Assembly: GCA_050250895.1 (NCBI GenBank)
Contig: JBFWNU010000005.1
Span: forward strand, 256,001-320,000
Direction of reading: 5' to 3'
Length of the DNA stretch: 64,000 bases
Origin: Vulcanimicrobiota bacterium
Lineage (GTDB): Bacteria; Vulcanimicrobiota; Xenobia; Xenobiales; JADMJV01
The translations under genes and the position numbers were made by a program. The notes below the pieces were generated by a model. That model searched no databases and was not told where the DNA came from. It worked only from the letters and a program-made list of their open reading frames with translations. Positions within the stretch are counted from its first letter, which is position 1, and the number at the start of each line of letters is the position of its first letter. Shown here in pieces: positions 17,764 through 27,046 of the stretch.

Positions 17764-18017
17764 TCGCCGGGGCGGACGACCTTGGTCCGGCAGACCGGGC
17801 AGAGTAAGTAGCGGCTGCCGGGCAAGAACAGGCAGTCCTCGGACCAATGGGGGAAGGCGCTCGGGCGCTCATAATAGTGAGCGCAAAGCTCGTTGGTGCA
17901 GAACACCACGAAGGGGTTGCCGGCCTCATTGTGGGTGCGGGTTACGAATTGGCCACGGCCGTTGACCTGATCATACTCGTAGTGGGTGATGAAGGCGTGG
18001 TGCTGCTTTTCGCTCAT
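17760..18017 (-). CDS. Small Cys-rich (zinc-ribbon-like) protein
   Basis: CTNELC...CPVC; TATAAT 8 nt before ATG. Confidence 0.6.
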   Translation of the reverse strand: MSEKQHHAFITHYEYDQVNGRGQFVTRTHNEAGNPFVVFCTNELCAHYYERPSAFPHWSEDCLFLPGSRYLLCPVCRTKVVRPGD

Positions 18018-18034
18018 AGGCGCCCATTATAACA

Positions 18035-19075
18035 CTAGGCGGCGGGGAAGAGAAAGCGCAGGGCCTGAGGCAGCCTGGTCTCCCAGGCTTTCTCGTTGTG
18101 CTCGTGGCGGTGGGCCAAAAGATAGGCGAAGTCGTCGCCGAGTTCGAATTCGTGCTTCTCGAGCAGGGCGTTGCGGAATTCTTCGGCGTGGTGGACGCCG
18201 TCGTTGTAGATTCCTGAGTCGCCGGTGTCGAGATAGAAGCGGATGGGGCGCTTGCGCTCGTTGAGGATGCGGGTGCGAAAGCGGCGCAACCACCACGAGC
18301 CCGACATGGCTCCGACCTGGCGAAAGACGTGGAAGAAGTCCCAGCCCAGATAGAGAGAGACGACGCCGCCGAGGCTGCTGCCGAGGATGCCGGTGTGCTC
18401 GGGTTGGGGCATGGTGCGAAAGCGGGCGTCGATGTAAGGCTTGAGTTCGTCGACCAGAAAGCGGGCGTAGGCGTCGGCCCGGCCGCCGTCCTCGGGAGGA
18501 ACGTAGTCGTTGAAGCGGTTGGGACCGCTATCGACGGCCACCACGATCAGTTCTTTCACCTGGCCGCGAGCGATGACGCGATCGAGAGTGCGCTGGGCGT
18601 TCCAGCTACCGAACGAGCCCTGGTCGAAAATGTTCTGACCGTCGTGCATATAGAGCACGGGGTAGCGTTTGTGGGTGTGCTGGCGGTAGCCGCGGGGGAG
18701 ATAAACGCGGAAGCGGCGGCTTTCGCCCAGGTGGCGCGAGCGCAGGCTGGGCACATCGTGCTCGGAGTAGGCCCGCGAGGGAGGGCTGACGCGACTGGCG
18801 GGTTGATAGTCGAACAGCTGCCCGTCTTGCACGAAGATGTAGTCGAGGGCCGTCTCGTAGTAACGGCGGCGGGGGTCACGGCCCTGAGCGTCAGAGAAGT
18901 AGAACTGCACGTTCATGCCGCTGTCGGCGGGCAGAATTACTTCCCAGCGGCGCTCGCCGGGGTAGCGGCCCGGACCGGCGTCGCGCATCGTTACGGCGCT
19001 AAACGCGCCGGTGGTAGGACGCCAGTAGACCTCAGGTCGGGAGAATCCTGAATGGTATTCGATCCGCTTACCCAT
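18035..19075 (-). CDS. Alpha/beta-hydrolase esterase (Fes/IroE-like) with N-terminal extension
   Basis: YPVLYMHDGQN, GSSLGG nucleophile, YLDTGD and HEHNEKAW. Confidence 0.9.
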   Translation of the reverse strand: MGKRIEYHSGFSRPEVYWRPTTGAFSAVTMRDAGPGRYPGERRWEVILPADSGMNVQFYFSDAQGRDPRRRYYETALDYIFVQDGQLFDYQPASRVSPPSRAYSEHDVPSLRSRHLGESRRFRVYLPRGYRQHTHKRYPVLYMHDGQNIFDQGSFGSWNAQRTLDRVIARGQVKELIVVAVDSGPNRFNDYVPPEDGGRADAYARFLVDELKPYIDARFRTMPQPEHTGILGSSLGGVVSLYLGWDFFHVFRQVGAMSGSWWLRRFRTRILNERKRPIRFYLDTGDSGIYNDGVHHAEEFRNALLEKHEFELGDDFAYLLAHRHEHNEKAWETRLPQALRFLFPAA

Positions 19076-19135
19076 TACCTGTAGTATGCCTCAGACCGGT
19101 GAAAACTTCATGAAATAGTTTTAACCATCTGGACA

Positions 19136-19157
19136 TGGGCGGCCTTTCGGCCGCCCA
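19136..19157 (-). terminator. GC-rich hairpin, probable terminator of the TolB-like gene
   Basis: TGGGCGGCC-TTTC-GGCCGCCCA 9-bp stem with GAAA loop on the minus strand; weak U-tract. Confidence 0.55.
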
Positions 19158-19169
19158 GGGTATGTCGGT

Positions 19170-20141
19170 CTAGCTTTCGGCCCGCAGAGCGGTGGAGTAG
19201 ACCTCCACCTTGCGCCCTTCACTGGCGGTGTAGAGCAGGGAGTTGCCGTCGGGGGTGTAGCTGGGCGAGGAGTGGAAGCCCTCGCCAGTGGTCACCTGGT
19301 GAACGTCGCTGCCATCGGAGTTGGCTTCGAAAATCTGCATCTTGCCTTTGACATCGTCGGCCATCCAGGCCATATGGGTGCCGTCGGGCGAGAAGGTCGG
19401 AGCCAGGGCGAAGTCCGAGTCGACCATACGTTGGGCCGGCTTGTCTTTGCCGAGTTCGACCTGGTAGATGGACATCTTGTAGTCGCTGTTGATGCCGCAG
19501 AACAGGATGCGACCGTCGTCGGCTACCGAGGGCGTGCCGGCCAGGATCATGTCGGTGGCGTAGGAGTGAAAGTCGGTGCCGTCATTCTTGACCGAGCAAA
19601 GCACCGGCGAGCCGAAGGCCGGGTCGAGTCCGAAGATGATGTGCTCGCCGTCAGGGCTGAACGTCTGCATGTCGGTGTTGTAGCCCAGCCGCGTCAGCTG
19701 TTTGGTGCCGCTGCCGTCAGCGTTGATCGAGACCAGCTCGAGGTTGCCACGTTCGGTGTCGCGCGAGGTGGTCAGGATGCTCTTGCCGTCGGGAGCCCAT
19801 TGAGGATGCCAGTAGCCCTTGTTGGTGTTGGTAATGTTGTGGTTGCCGGTGCCGTCGATGTTCATCACGTGGATGTCAGAATTGCCCTGCTTTTCCACCA
19901 CATAAGCGATCTTCTGGCCATCGGGCGAGACGGCCGGTTCCCACGAAAGGTTGATTTTGCGGTCGGTGAGCTGGTGCTGCTCTTGACCGTCCATGCCCAC
20001 CACGAAGATGTCGCGAACGAGCGGTTGCGTGGTCCCGCTGGCAAAGACGACCTTGTCGCCGGCCGGCGTGGCGCTGGGGTGCATGGGCTCCCCGCTGGTT
20101 TGAGTGAGGCGGCGTGGTTGGCGATCCGTTGCAATCATCAT
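19170..20141 (-). CDS. TolB-like PD40 beta-propeller protein, no signal peptide
   Basis: Repeated PxxSPDG motifs (PAVSPDG, PQWAPDG, TFSPDG, PSYTPDG). Confidence 0.88.
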   Translation of the reverse strand: MMIATDRQPRRLTQTSGEPMHPSATPAGDKVVFASGTTQPLVRDIFVVGMDGQEQHQLTDRKINLSWEPAVSPDGQKIAYVVEKQGNSDIHVMNIDGTGNHNITNTNKGYWHPQWAPDGKSILTTSRDTERGNLELVSINADGSGTKQLTRLGYNTDMQTFSPDGEHIIFGLDPAFGSPVLCSVKNDGTDFHSYATDMILAGTPSVADDGRILFCGINSDYKMSIYQVELGKDKPAQRMVDSDFALAPTFSPDGTHMAWMADDVKGKMQIFEANSDGSDVHQVTTGEGFHSSPSYTPDGNSLLYTASEGRKVEVYSTALRAES

Positions 20142-20164
20142 CGGAACACCTCGCGTACAATTTA

Positions 20165-20214
20165 CTCGGCCAGACTACGCGAGTCTGGCCGAGAGAATGT
20201 TGCCTGAGTGTTAA
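20165..20214 (-). promoter_or_regulatory. TTAACA-N5-GCAACA-N20-TAGTCT element overlapping a perfect 12-bp inverted repeat (20165-20193)
   Basis: Read directly; inverted repeat is CTCGGCCAGACT-N5-AGTCTGGCCGAG. Confidence 0.55.
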
Positions 20215-20221
20215 GCGTCGG

Positions 20222-20734
20222 CTAGCTTTTGCCGGTGCCGCCCGAGCCGCCCGAGCCGCCCTTGCCGCCGCTATCGCCACTCTGGCCGCTCTTACCGGCG
20301 TCGCTCTTGCCTGCCGTGGCCCCACCCTTGCCGGCCGCGGCGCTCTTACCTTTGTCGCCGGTCAGACCGCCGATGGCGTCGCCGATGCTCTTGCCCAGCG
20401 AGCCGAGGCCTTTGCCAACTGCACCGGCCACATCGCTGAGACCTTTTCCAATTGACCCGATAGCGCTCTTGCCGAAATCCGAGCCGAGAAAGCCGGCTGC
20501 CGCCGAGACCATTCCCAGACCGGGCACGGCCGAAGCGGCCAGACCCAACAAAGAGCCGAAATCGGGTTTGCCAGTAGAGAAAGCGCCGGCGCCGCCCGAG
20601 ACGAGGCCGGCCACTTGACCGACAGGGCCACCAAGGCCAGAAAGTGCTCCGGCCAGATCGGTGGGTGAGACGCCTTGTTTGCTGGACAACGATTCTGCCA
20701 GGGAGACAAAGCTCCCCAGGCCGTCGATAGCCAT
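20222..20734 (-). CDS. Gly/Ser-rich low-complexity hypothetical protein with hydrophobic glycine-zipper core
   Basis: GGAGG RBS 7 nt before ATG 20734; GLAASAVPGLGMVSAAAGFLG core; GK/GS-rich tail. Confidence 0.7.
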   Translation of the reverse strand: MAIDGLGSFVSLAESLSSKQGVSPTDLAGALSGLGGPVGQVAGLVSGGAGAFSTGKPDFGSLLGLAASAVPGLGMVSAAAGFLGSDFGKSAIGSIGKGLSDVAGAVGKGLGSLGKSIGDAIGGLTGDKGKSAAAGKGGATAGKSDAGKSGQSGDSGGKGGSGGSGGTGKS

Positions 20735-20766
20735 GATCATTCCTCCGCGAGTGATGTATTGGACTC

Positions 20767-20820
20767 AGAGTAGCGCAACATGTTGGAGGAAAGTTTGGAA
20801 TTGGGGGGTATGCCTGTTAA
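20767..20820 (-). promoter_or_regulatory. TTAACA 48 bp (37+11) upstream of -10 TACTCT
   Basis: Same helical phase as the other instances; only one good half-site. Confidence 0.45.
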
Positions 20821-20838
20821 CAAATTACTTTTCAGGAG

Positions 20839-22065
20839 ATGCCAATGATATCCCCGGAGCTGATCCGAGCGCTGCCCAAGACCGATTTACATTTGCACCT
20901 GGACGGCTCATTACGTGAACAAACCTTGATCGAACTGGCCAGGGAGCGGGGGGTCTCTCTACCTTCAGACACGGTGGAGGGCCTGAACGAACTGGTGTTT
21001 CGCCCACACTACGCCAACCTGGCCGAATACCTCCACGGCTTTCAGTATACCTGCGCGGTGCTGCAAGACGCCGAGGCCCTCGAGCGCGCCGCCTACGAGT
21101 TGGCCTGGGACAACATCAACGAGGGAGTGCGCTACATCGAGGTCCGCTTCGCCCCCCAGCTGCACACTCACCGGGGGTTTTCGCTCAAGGAAGTGTTGCA
21201 GGCGGTCAACCGGGGGCTGGCCCGGGCCCAGTCCGAACATCAGAACTCGCCGGCCGTGAGAGAAAATGACGAGCCACCGTTCTACTACGGCATCATCGTG
21301 TGCGCCATGCGCTTTTTCACGGCCGCTTTTTCGTCCTGGTTTGCTCACCTCATCGACCTGTTCCAATACGCGAATCAAGAACAGGTGTTTGGGTTGGCCT
21401 CCTTGGAGTTGGCCCGGGCAGCCGTGCGTATTCGCGACGAAGAGGGCATTCCTATCGTCGGCTTTGACCTGGCCGGACGCGAAGACGGCTATCCCGCCAG
21501 CGATCACCAGCGGGCCTATGATTTCGCCCACCGTAGCTTCATGCAAAAGACCGTGCACGCCGGGGAAGCCTACGGTCCCGAGAGCATCTTCCAGGCGCTG
21601 ACGGATTTGCACGCCGATCGTATCGGCCATGGCTATCATCTCTTCTCGCCCGAGCTGTGCGGACCCGACATCCAGGACGGAGACGCCTACATTCGCCGGC
21701 TGGTGAGCTACATCGCGGCGCGGCGCATTACCATCGAGGTCTGCATCACCTCGAACCTGCAGACCATGCCGTTCCTCAAGAGCGCTAAAGAGCACGCCTT
21801 CGGCAAGATGCTCGAAGAAAAGCTCTCGGCCAGTCTGTGTACCGACAATCGGCTGGTGAGCCACACTACCGTCAGTCGCGAGATCGAGATTGCGGTGGAG
21901 GCGTTCGACATGAATCTGCACCAGTTGCGTCAGACTTTGATTTATGGTTTCAAGCGCAGTTTCTTCCCCGGTCCTTACGTTCAGCGGCGGGCTTACGTTC
22001 GCCAGATCATCGACTACTACGACCGGCTCATCCACGAGTGGGAAGCCAGAGAGGCGAAGGTCTGA
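20839..22065 (+). CDS. add: Adenosine deaminase family protein
   Basis: LPKTDLHLHLDGS, EVRFAP, TVHAGE, RIGHG and CTDN motifs. Confidence 0.92.
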   Translation: MPMISPELIRALPKTDLHLHLDGSLREQTLIELARERGVSLPSDTVEGLNELVFRPHYANLAEYLHGFQYTCAVLQDAEALERAAYELAWDNINEGVRYIEVRFAPQLHTHRGFSLKEVLQAVNRGLARAQSEHQNSPAVRENDEPPFYYGIIVCAMRFFTAAFSSWFAHLIDLFQYANQEQVFGLASLELARAAVRIRDEEGIPIVGFDLAGREDGYPASDHQRAYDFAHRSFMQKTVHAGEAYGPESIFQALTDLHADRIGHGYHLFSPELCGPDIQDGDAYIRRLVSYIAARRITIEVCITSNLQTMPFLKSAKEHAFGKMLEEKLSASLCTDNRLVSHTTVSREIEIAVEAFDMNLHQLRQTLIYGFKRSFFPGPYVQRRAYVRQIIDYYDRLIHEWEAREAKV

Positions 22066-22066
22066 G

Positions 22067-22354
22067 ATGGGCGGGATATTTGGTAAGAAGGTGCGCTGTT
22101 CACACATTCTGGTCGAAGACAGGGCGCAGGCCGAGAAGTTACTGGCCGAACTCCAGGCGGGCGCCGACTTTGCCGTCAAGGCCAGGGAGCATTCTAAGTG
22201 CCCGAGCGGGCGCAACGGCGGCGACCTGGGCCATTTCGGCAAAGGCGCCATGGTGCCGGAGTTCGATAAAGTCGCATTTGAACTCGAAGAAGGCGAAATG
22301 TCCGGCCTGGTCAAGACCAAATTCGGCTATCACATCCTCAAGCGCACGGCCTAG
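22067..22354 (+). CDS. ppiC: Parvulin-type peptidyl-prolyl isomerase
   Basis: HILV, AREHSKCPS, GGDLG, MVPEFD and TKFGYHI; 95 aa. Confidence 0.9.
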   Translation: MGGIFGKKVRCSHILVEDRAQAEKLLAELQAGADFAVKAREHSKCPSGRNGGDLGHFGKGAMVPEFDKVAFELEEGEMSGLVKTKFGYHILKRTA

Positions 22355-22431
22355 TTCCGTCCAGCCGCGGCCGGGGGACGCTCCTTGGGCCTGAGCAAGG
22401 AGATTGGGCGACTCGCGAGGTATTAGGGGAT

Positions 22432-23487
22432 ATGCTCACACAATTCCTCGAGACCCTCGATTCCAAAGGAGGCTCGGATATTCACCTGTGCTCCGGGGCC
22501 GTCCCGCGCATTCGCCTGCACGGTCGCCTGGTGCCTCTCGAACATCCGCCGCTGTCACCCACCGAAGTGGTCGGGATGGCCCGCATCCTGGTAGACCCCG
22601 CCCGCCTGGCCAAAGAGAAGAACGTCGATTTTGGTTACCAGAACGACGAGCTGGGCATTCGCTATCGCGGCAACGCCTTCATCCAGAAAGAAGGCATCAA
22701 TGTCGTGCTGCGGGCCATTCCCAACAAAGTGCCTACTCTGGAGGAATTGGGTCTGCCCAAAGCAGTCGAGCGCTTTACCAAGCTGCGCAACGGTCTGGTG
22801 CTGGCCACCGGTCCGGCCGGCTGCGGCAAGACCTCGACCCTGGCGGCCCTGGTGCATCTCATTAACGAGACCCGCCCTGAGCATGTCATCACCGTCGAAG
22901 ATCCGGTGGAGTATATCCACAAACCGAATCGGGCGCTCATCAACCAGCGCCAGGTCGGCAAAGACGTCGTTTCGTTTCCCCACGCTTTGCGGGCCGCGTT
23001 GCGCGAGGACCCCGACGTGATTCTGGTCGGAGAGCTGCGCGATCTCGAGACCATTTCGCTGGCCATCACGGCCGCCGAGACGGGCCATCTGGTGATGGGG
23101 ACGCTCCACACCAACTCGGCCATCAACACCATCGCCCGCGTGGTCGACGCCTTTCCGGGCGAGCGCCAGAATCAGATTCGGCAGATGCTCTCCGAGTCAC
23201 TTCGCGGCGTTTTGGCTCAGCAACTAGTGCCGCGGGCCGATGGCAACGGCCGGGTGCTGGCTCTGGAGATCTTCTCGGTCACCCGAGCGATTGCGGCCCT
23301 GATTCGCACCGGCGAAAACCACAAGATCCCGACCGCCATGCAGGCCGGCGGTCGTAAAGAAGCCATGCAAACCATGGACGAGTCTTTGATCTCGTTGTGT
23401 CAGGCCGGCCTTATTACCCGCGACGAAGCAATACTTCGTTGTCACGAGCCCGAGACGTTCGACCACCGTCTCGGCGGAGCAGCTTAG
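22432..23487 (+). CDS. pilT: PilT-family type IV pilus retraction ATPase
   Basis: SDIHL, Walker A GPAGCGKT, TVEDPVE, LREDPDVILVGELRD and TLHTN. Confidence 0.9.
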   Translation: MLTQFLETLDSKGGSDIHLCSGAVPRIRLHGRLVPLEHPPLSPTEVVGMARILVDPARLAKEKNVDFGYQNDELGIRYRGNAFIQKEGINVVLRAIPNKVPTLEELGLPKAVERFTKLRNGLVLATGPAGCGKTSTLAALVHLINETRPEHVITVEDPVEYIHKPNRALINQRQVGKDVVSFPHALRAALREDPDVILVGELRDLETISLAITAAETGHLVMGTLHTNSAINTIARVVDAFPGERQNQIRQMLSESLRGVLAQQLVPRADGNGRVLALEIFSVTRAIAALIRTGENHKIPTAMQAGGRKEAMQTMDESLISLCQAGLITRDEAILRCHEPETFDHRLGGAA

Positions 23488-23495
23488 GAGGAACC

Positions 23496-24911
23496 ATGGC
23501 TTTTTTTGGATTTGGTAAGAAAGACGACAAGGCGGCCCCCCCGCCGCCTCCGCCCCCGCCCACCCCCACCCCGGCCGTCCCTCCTCCGCCGCCGCCGGTA
23601 GCGCCTCCACCGCCGCCCGCCAGTCCGCCGCCGACCCTGGGCCAGCACATTAACGACGTGCCGACTTCGGCGCCCAGTTCAGGGTCTTCCGACTTTTCAG
23701 GCTGGGGCGACATGTCGTTTGGCATGGGCTCCATGGGCGCCCCTGCGGCGGGTGCCGCTCCGTCGATGGGCATGGCCACCGAGACGGCCCCGCCTCCGCC
23801 TCCCAAGGTCGAGACTCCTAGCAAGCAACTCGTGATCGAGGGGCATTACCACCTCGACCAGTTACTGCGCTTTCTGGTCGATAACAAAGGCAGCGACCTG
23901 CACCTATCGGTAGGGATGCCGCCGGCTTTTCGCATCGACGGACACTTGCACTACGCCAAGGCGGCTATCCTCACCGAAGAGCACGCCCTCGAGATGTTCT
24001 TGCCGCCGCTCGATGCGCGCCAGAAGAAAGAGTTCGAAGAAACGGGCAACGCCGACCTGGCCTACGCCATCCCCGAGGTGGCCCGCTTTCGTTGCAACAT
24101 CTTGCGGCAGTTCCGCGGGGCCGGGGCCGTCTTTCGTCAGATTCCCGAGAAGATGCCAAGCCTCGAGGCGCTGGGCTTTCCGCTCCACGTCATGGAGAAG
24201 ATCTCCAAGTTGCGTTCAGGCCTGGTGGTCGTGACCGGCCCCACCGGTTCGGGTAAGTCGACCACTCTGGCGGCCATCATCAATGAACTCAACCAATCGC
24301 GCGACGCCCACATCATCACCATCGAGGACCCGCTCGAGTTCACTCACAAGAGCGCCCGCTGTCTGGTCGACCATCGCGAGGTGGGTCGTGACGCGGTTTC
24401 CTTCGCTGACGCCGCCCGCGCCTCGCTACGCGAAGACCCTGACATCTTGCTGCTGGGCGAAATGCGTGACCTCGACACCATCTACAACGCCATCAAGGCG
24501 GCTGAGACGGGCACCCTGGTGTTCGGAACCTTGCACACCAACTCGGCAGCCAAGACCGTCGACCGTATCATCGATGCTTTTCCGGCCGATCAGCAGCCCC
24601 AGATTCGCTCGATGCTGTCGCAGTCACTCAAGGTGATCGTGGCCCAGACCCTGCTCAAGCGCAAGGATGGCCCGGGCCGCGTGGCCGCCTACGAGATCAT
24701 GCTGGTGACCCGCGGCATCGCCAACCTGCTGCGAACCGGCGAGACGACGCAGCTCACCAACTTGTTGTTGACCGGCACCAGCGAGGGCATGCAGCCGCTC
24801 GATATGGCCCTGATGAAGCTGCTCGACGCTGGCGTCGTTTCAGAAGAACTGGTGGGTGACGTCTGCAACAACCCCGACTACTTCCGGCAGGCCGGCTACA
24901 AGATCAGTTGA
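23496..24911 (+). CDS. pilT: PilT-family ATPase with ~110-aa Pro-rich N-terminal extension
   Basis: AGGAGG RBS; GPTGSGKS, TIEDP, LREDPD..GEMRD and TLHTN. Confidence 0.88.
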   Translation: MAFFGFGKKDDKAAPPPPPPPPTPTPAVPPPPPPVAPPPPPASPPPTLGQHINDVPTSAPSSGSSDFSGWGDMSFGMGSMGAPAAGAAPSMGMATETAPPPPPKVETPSKQLVIEGHYHLDQLLRFLVDNKGSDLHLSVGMPPAFRIDGHLHYAKAAILTEEHALEMFLPPLDARQKKEFEETGNADLAYAIPEVARFRCNILRQFRGAGAVFRQIPEKMPSLEALGFPLHVMEKISKLRSGLVVVTGPTGSGKSTTLAAIINELNQSRDAHIITIEDPLEFTHKSARCLVDHREVGRDAVSFADAARASLREDPDILLLGEMRDLDTIYNAIKAAETGTLVFGTLHTNSAAKTVDRIIDAFPADQQPQIRSMLSQSLKVIVAQTLLKRKDGPGRVAAYEIMLVTRGIANLLRTGETTQLTNLLLTGTSEGMQPLDMALMKLLDAGVVSEELVGDVCNNPDYFRQAGYKIS

Positions 24912-25042
24912 AGCGGTTCGTCCAGTTCTGACATATTCTCGCTGTAGAGACACAGCGATTACTGTATTGGTTAATACTGTGCAACGGGCCGTCTAGATCT
25001 CGTTCTCTTGTGGTATCGCCGCCAAGTCGCTACCCTGGAAAC

Positions 25043-25180
25043 GTGAGTCTTTGGCGCGACATACGAAAGACGCTCCGCCGACGCAAGGTCCGCAAGTTTC
25101 TAGACAAGCTCTACTGGTTCGTAGTGGCCGGGGGACTGGTGTTGCTGGTGCTGGTCGTGCTGGTATCCACCCACACCTAG
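25043..25180 (+). CDS. 45-aa small membrane protein absent from the ORF track
   Basis: GTG...TAG gives VSLWRDIRKTLRRRKVRKFLDKLYWFVVAGGLVLLVLVVLVSTHT; -10-like TACCCT 6 nt upstream. Confidence 0.55.
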   Translation: MSLWRDIRKTLRRRKVRKFLDKLYWFVVAGGLVLLVLVVLVSTHT

Positions 25181-25191
25181 TTGATGAATTT

Positions 25192-25677
25192 TTACCAACC
25201 CCACCAGGGACGATGGTGATGGTGCTCCTGTTGCTGCTGGCAGCCGCCGGGTCCTACCCGTTCGTAGCGATGACCGCCACCGTGCCAGCCCTCGTGAGAC
25301 TCGTAGTGTTCGGTGCCGTAGGGGCCGGTGCGGTAAGTTTCGGTGTGGGTGCCGTGCGGACCGGCGTGGCTTTCCTGGGTGTAAATGGTGCCGTTGGGCG
25401 TGACACCGACCGTGCTCTGGCTGTAGCCGTAAGGGCCATAGCCGACCGTGGTGACGGCGCAACCGCTGGCGCCCAGGGCGGCTACTCCCAGGGCCACCAG
25501 GGCTCCCACGCGGGCCAGTTTGCCGGCCGAACTCTTGGGCTCGGGGGTGGGGGCGGAGTCAGACAGTTCTACCGTCTCGGTAGGGATATCGCTCGCGGCC
25601 GACCGGGTCGGGGGGGCGGCCTTGGAACCTAAGGCGCGGTGGGACGGGGTAGAAAAGGTGTTGGGCGTGATGAACAT
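25192..25677 (-). CDS. Hypothetical protein: S/T/P-rich N-terminus, hydrophobic segment ending ASGC, His/Gly/Tyr-rich tail
   Basis: AGGAGG RBS; AT-rich upstream region with TTTCAG repeated at 11-bp period. Confidence 0.7.
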   Translation of the reverse strand: MFITPNTFSTPSHRALGSKAAPPTRSAASDIPTETVELSDSAPTPEPKSSAGKLARVGALVALGVAALGASGCAVTTVGYGPYGYSQSTVGVTPNGTIYTQESHAGPHGTHTETYRTGPYGTEHYESHEGWHGGGHRYERVGPGGCQQQQEHHHHRPWWGW

Positions 25678-25731
25678 TGTGAACCTCCTGCCCTATGATT
25701 AAAACCGAGGCACCTGAAAGCAATCTGAAAA

Positions 25732-27045
25732 TCACCGCTCGGCCGGAGTCACTTCGTCGCCTTCGTGCATGGTCACGTCGGGAATCTTGACGATCCGCAT
25801 CTCGGGGGTGAGACCTTCCAGCACTTCGACTTCGCGCTCGCCGCGCAGACCCAGTTTGACCGGCTGCTTCTTGAGATGGCCCTCCTCGAGGCGAAAAACG
25901 TACTCTCCACCCTCGGGATCTTGCAAGACCGAAAAACGCCCGATCTTGAGGCAATCCTCCCGACGGGCCGTGATAAAGCGGGCCTGGAGTTCGTAGGCGA
26001 TGCCCAGGTCGGGAGCCTCTTGAGGCAGGCCGATGAGCACGTTCACCCGCTGCTGCTCAACGCCCAGCGACGAGAGCTTGGTGAAGCCGGCCGGCTCGAT
26101 CTCTTTGACCTTGGAAAAGAAGGTCGGTTTGCCTCCGCCGGGGTCGAGTTCGACCCGAGTGCCAACGCCGATACGCAGGGCGTCCTGGCTGAGCACTTCG
26201 CACACGACCTCCTGTTGGTTGGGGCGGCCGAGACGTAGCAAAGGAGTGCCCGCGGCCAGTTCGCGGGGGCCCTGCACCAGACGCTCGAGGACCACTCCCT
26301 CGATGGGGGAGCGGATGGGGGTCTTGGTAACCTCGTACTGGGTGCGCTCGAGGCGAGTGCGGGCTTGAGCCAGGCGCTCGGCGACCACCTGGCTCGATTG
26401 CAGCTTGCTGTCGATCTGGCTGTCGAAGGTCTTGACTCCAGCCCGAGCCTCCTGCACCCGCTGCCGGGCCGTGTTGAGCTCGCGATCGAGCCGGGTTACG
26501 GCCAACCGCGACTGATCGACCTGAAGGCGAGCCTGCTCGAGCTGCTGGGGGGGAAGAGCTCCGCCGGCGACCAGGTTGCGGGTGCGTTCGAGATCGCGCT
26601 CGGATTGACGCACGCCCAGCTGGGCATCCTGAATCTGGACCTCGATGGCGGCCAGACCCTTACGGGCGGACTCGACCGCTTCTTGAGCGCGCCGCCGCTC
26701 GGCTTGTTCGACCTCGGTATCGCGGCTGACTTCCAGCTGTTGCTCGAGTTCGCGGACGGCCTCGAAGGCGGCTTCGGCTTCGGATTCGACCGGATAGACG
26801 TCAAATTCGGTAATGAGCTGGCCCTGGCTGACCTGGTCGCCGGGTTCGAGCTCGATGCGACCGATGCGGCCAGAGACGGGAAGGTTGACGGGGTAGTCTT
26901 CTTCCAGACGGGTCTCGGCGCGCTCCTGGAAGCTCTCTTCCAGCGAACCGCGCTGGGCCTGGGCGACTTCGACTTCGGGCGGTTTGCCGCAGCCCGCGAG
27001 CACCAGCGTCATCAGCAAGACGAAGAGTCGAAACACGCAGCCCAC
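25732..27045 (-). CDS. HlyD/MacA-family periplasmic adaptor lipoprotein
   Basis: Lipobox LAGC, long coiled coil, IRSPIEGVV and PAGFTKLSSLGVEQQRV. Confidence 0.9.
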   Translation of the reverse strand: MGCVFRLFVLLMTLVLAGCGKPPEVEVAQAQRGSLEESFQERAETRLEEDYPVNLPVSGRIGRIELEPGDQVSQGQLITEFDVYPVESEAEAAFEAVRELEQQLEVSRDTEVEQAERRRAQEAVESARKGLAAIEVQIQDAQLGVRQSERDLERTRNLVAGGALPPQQLEQARLQVDQSRLAVTRLDRELNTARQRVQEARAGVKTFDSQIDSKLQSSQVVAERLAQARTRLERTQYEVTKTPIRSPIEGVVLERLVQGPRELAAGTPLLRLGRPNQQEVVCEVLSQDALRIGVGTRVELDPGGGKPTFFSKVKEIEPAGFTKLSSLGVEQQRVNVLIGLPQEAPDLGIAYELQARFITARREDCLKIGRFSVLQDPEGGEYVFRLEEGHLKKQPVKLGLRGEREVEVLEGLTPEMRIVKIPDVTMHEGDEVTPAER

Positions 27046-27046
27046 C

